Shown here: positions 63,092 to 64,000 of the stretch, one piece after another
Numbering within the stretch: position 1 is the first letter of the stretch
Layout of the letters: each line of letters begins with the position of its first letter
Virus record (IMG/VR): IMGVR_UViG_3300009678_001573
Coordinates: 1 to 64,000 of that record
Reading direction: 5' to 3' (one strand)
Length of the DNA: 64,000 nucleotides
Source of the DNA: a virus
Taxonomy: Duplodnaviria > Caudoviricetes
Notes under the pieces: generated by a model
Database searches by the model: none
What the model was told of the DNA's origin: nothing
What the model saw: the letters and a program-made list of their open reading frames with translations, nothing else
Program-made: the position numbers and the translations under genes

Positions 63092-63118
63092 TACTAATAT
63101 TATGAAATATAGTATAAG
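63092..63118 (+). promoter_or_regulatory. Putative late promoter (TACTAATA) upstream of the sheath gene
   Basis: CTACTAATATTATGAAATATAGTATAAG; a second TATTAATA lies at 63262-63269. Confidence 0.5.
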
Positions 63119-63347
63119 TTAGGTGTGTATCATTTTGTCGGCGATTAGTATAAGAAAGTGTTAAAGTTTCTGCCGTATATTGTTTTTTGGTCATTATTAT
63201 AGGCTAATAATACGAAAAGACAGCATATTTTAATGTGTAAAATGATAAAAATCGCCCAAAGTATTAATACGGCGAATAAAACGAATAAGAAAACTGTACT
63301 AAAATAGTCAGGGAAAGAATAATTAAATCTAATGAGAGGTTGCTAAT

Positions 63348-64000
63348 ATGCCAAATATTCCGGGGATCGCTGGCTATGTTCAGCCCAACGTATTTAGCCG
63401 TGTACGCACCATCCGTCGATCGGTTTCAATTCCAGGCGGCCTGCGTATTCTTGCTATAATGGGTCTGGGCGAACGTCAGGAGACAATTGTATTAAACGCT
63501 GAAGGAGGCGGTCAAGACGGTGTAAACCCTGACTACGCTGCTTCAACCAGTCCAGATGGTAGACACTTTGTTCTTTCAAGAACGAGTCTAATTCCAAAAC
63601 GCACTACGCTATTATTGGACGGTATTCCGCTTCGGGGTCTTGAACAGACAATCGACCTGGATGCATTCGATGGGCGCTATGATTTCAGATTAGAAACAGA
63701 AACTGGCCGTATAGAACTTCAACGAGCCTCTCTAGTTGACCAAGGAGGAACTTTCGTAGTTCCCTCTGGCTCCAATGTTGGAGATGGTACGGTTACAGTA
63801 GAATTGATTGATGCTAATGCGCCAACTGAGACTTGGACTATTAGAGCAACGAGCGTTATTCGAGATGCCTACGGCGATCCGGTTCCCGAAAATGCTACGT
63901 TTACTGCTACTGGTTCGGTATCAGGTCAGCCACTGGACGCTTACGGTGCTCCAGTTGTATTCCTCAGCGATGGTAGCACAAGGGATAACGGAATTATTCG
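63348..64000 (+). CDS. Tail sheath protein, N-terminal part (runs off the window; absent from the ORF track)
   Basis: SD GAGAGG and ATG 63348, open to the window end. Translates as MPNIPGIAGYVQPNVFSRVRTIRRSVSIPGGLRILAIMGLG..., a sheath-like Y..P.V(F/Y) start. Follows the terminator gene. 2 DAY. Confidence 0.7.
   Translation, partial: MPNIPGIAGYVQPNVFSRVRTIRRSVSIPGGLRILAIMGLGERQETIVLNAEGGGQDGVNPDYAASTSPDGRHFVLSRTSLIPKRTTLLLDGIPLRGLEQTIDLDAFDGRYDFRLETETGRIELQRASLVDQGGTFVVPSGSNVGDGTVTVELIDANAPTETWTIRATSVIRDAYGDPVPENATFTATGSVSGQPLDAYGAPVVFLSDGSTRDNGII

Noticed and set aside
2919-64000. GATGG(T/C)TAT as a DNA-level repeat (operator, methylation site or CRISPR-like)
   Set aside because: The copies I traced are in frame as D-G-Y, with free synonymous variation and irregular spacing, so the signal is at protein level.
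1-64000. Tailocin or extracellular contractile injection system
   Set aside because: A major capsid protein and head-tail joining genes are present.
1-64000. Stop-codon reassignment (code 15 or code 4)
   Set aside because: Genes up to 7.8 kb are open in the standard code with dense packing, and reading through the four TAG stops does not fuse genes.
1-64000. tRNA, rRNA, CRISPR array, integrase or IS elements
   Set aside because: None recognised. Intergenic gaps are short and show no cloverleaf or regularly spaced direct repeats.

Overview
This window is the head-to-tail morphogenesis region of a large tailed phage, probably a jumbo-sized myovirus. All 40 complete genes I call, plus one truncated gene, lie on the + strand in tightly coupled operons with GGAG-type Shine-Dalgarno sites. 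The order is: major capsid protein and terminator; SNase and HNH nucleases; about 15 kb of fibre/decoration genes; a small accessory block (permuted papain-like amidase, cold-shock protein, head-tail adaptor, membrane coiled-coil protein, HExxH protein); about 17 kb of modular fibres (Mtd-like N-termini, C1q-like tip, YadA-like head repeats) with a sulfotransferase between two paralogous fibre genes; a neck protein; four large structural proteins of 887-2617 aa; a tail terminator; and the start of the tail sheath. The strongest unexplained signal is the tripeptide D-G-Y (variant D-A-Y). By hand count it occurs about 88 (+17) times across 20 predicted virion proteins of unrelated folds, uses many synonymous codons, and is absent from the capsid protein and the non-structural enzymes. 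A sulfotransferase with TPST/Sulfotransfer_3-type motifs sits inside the cluster. Together these suggest a possible phage-encoded, sequon-directed tyrosine modification system for the virion surface, which is a hypothesis and not shown here. A candidate late-promoter motif TA[CT]TAATA recurs in most larger intergenic gaps. All product calls come from motif recognition by eye; no database search was run.
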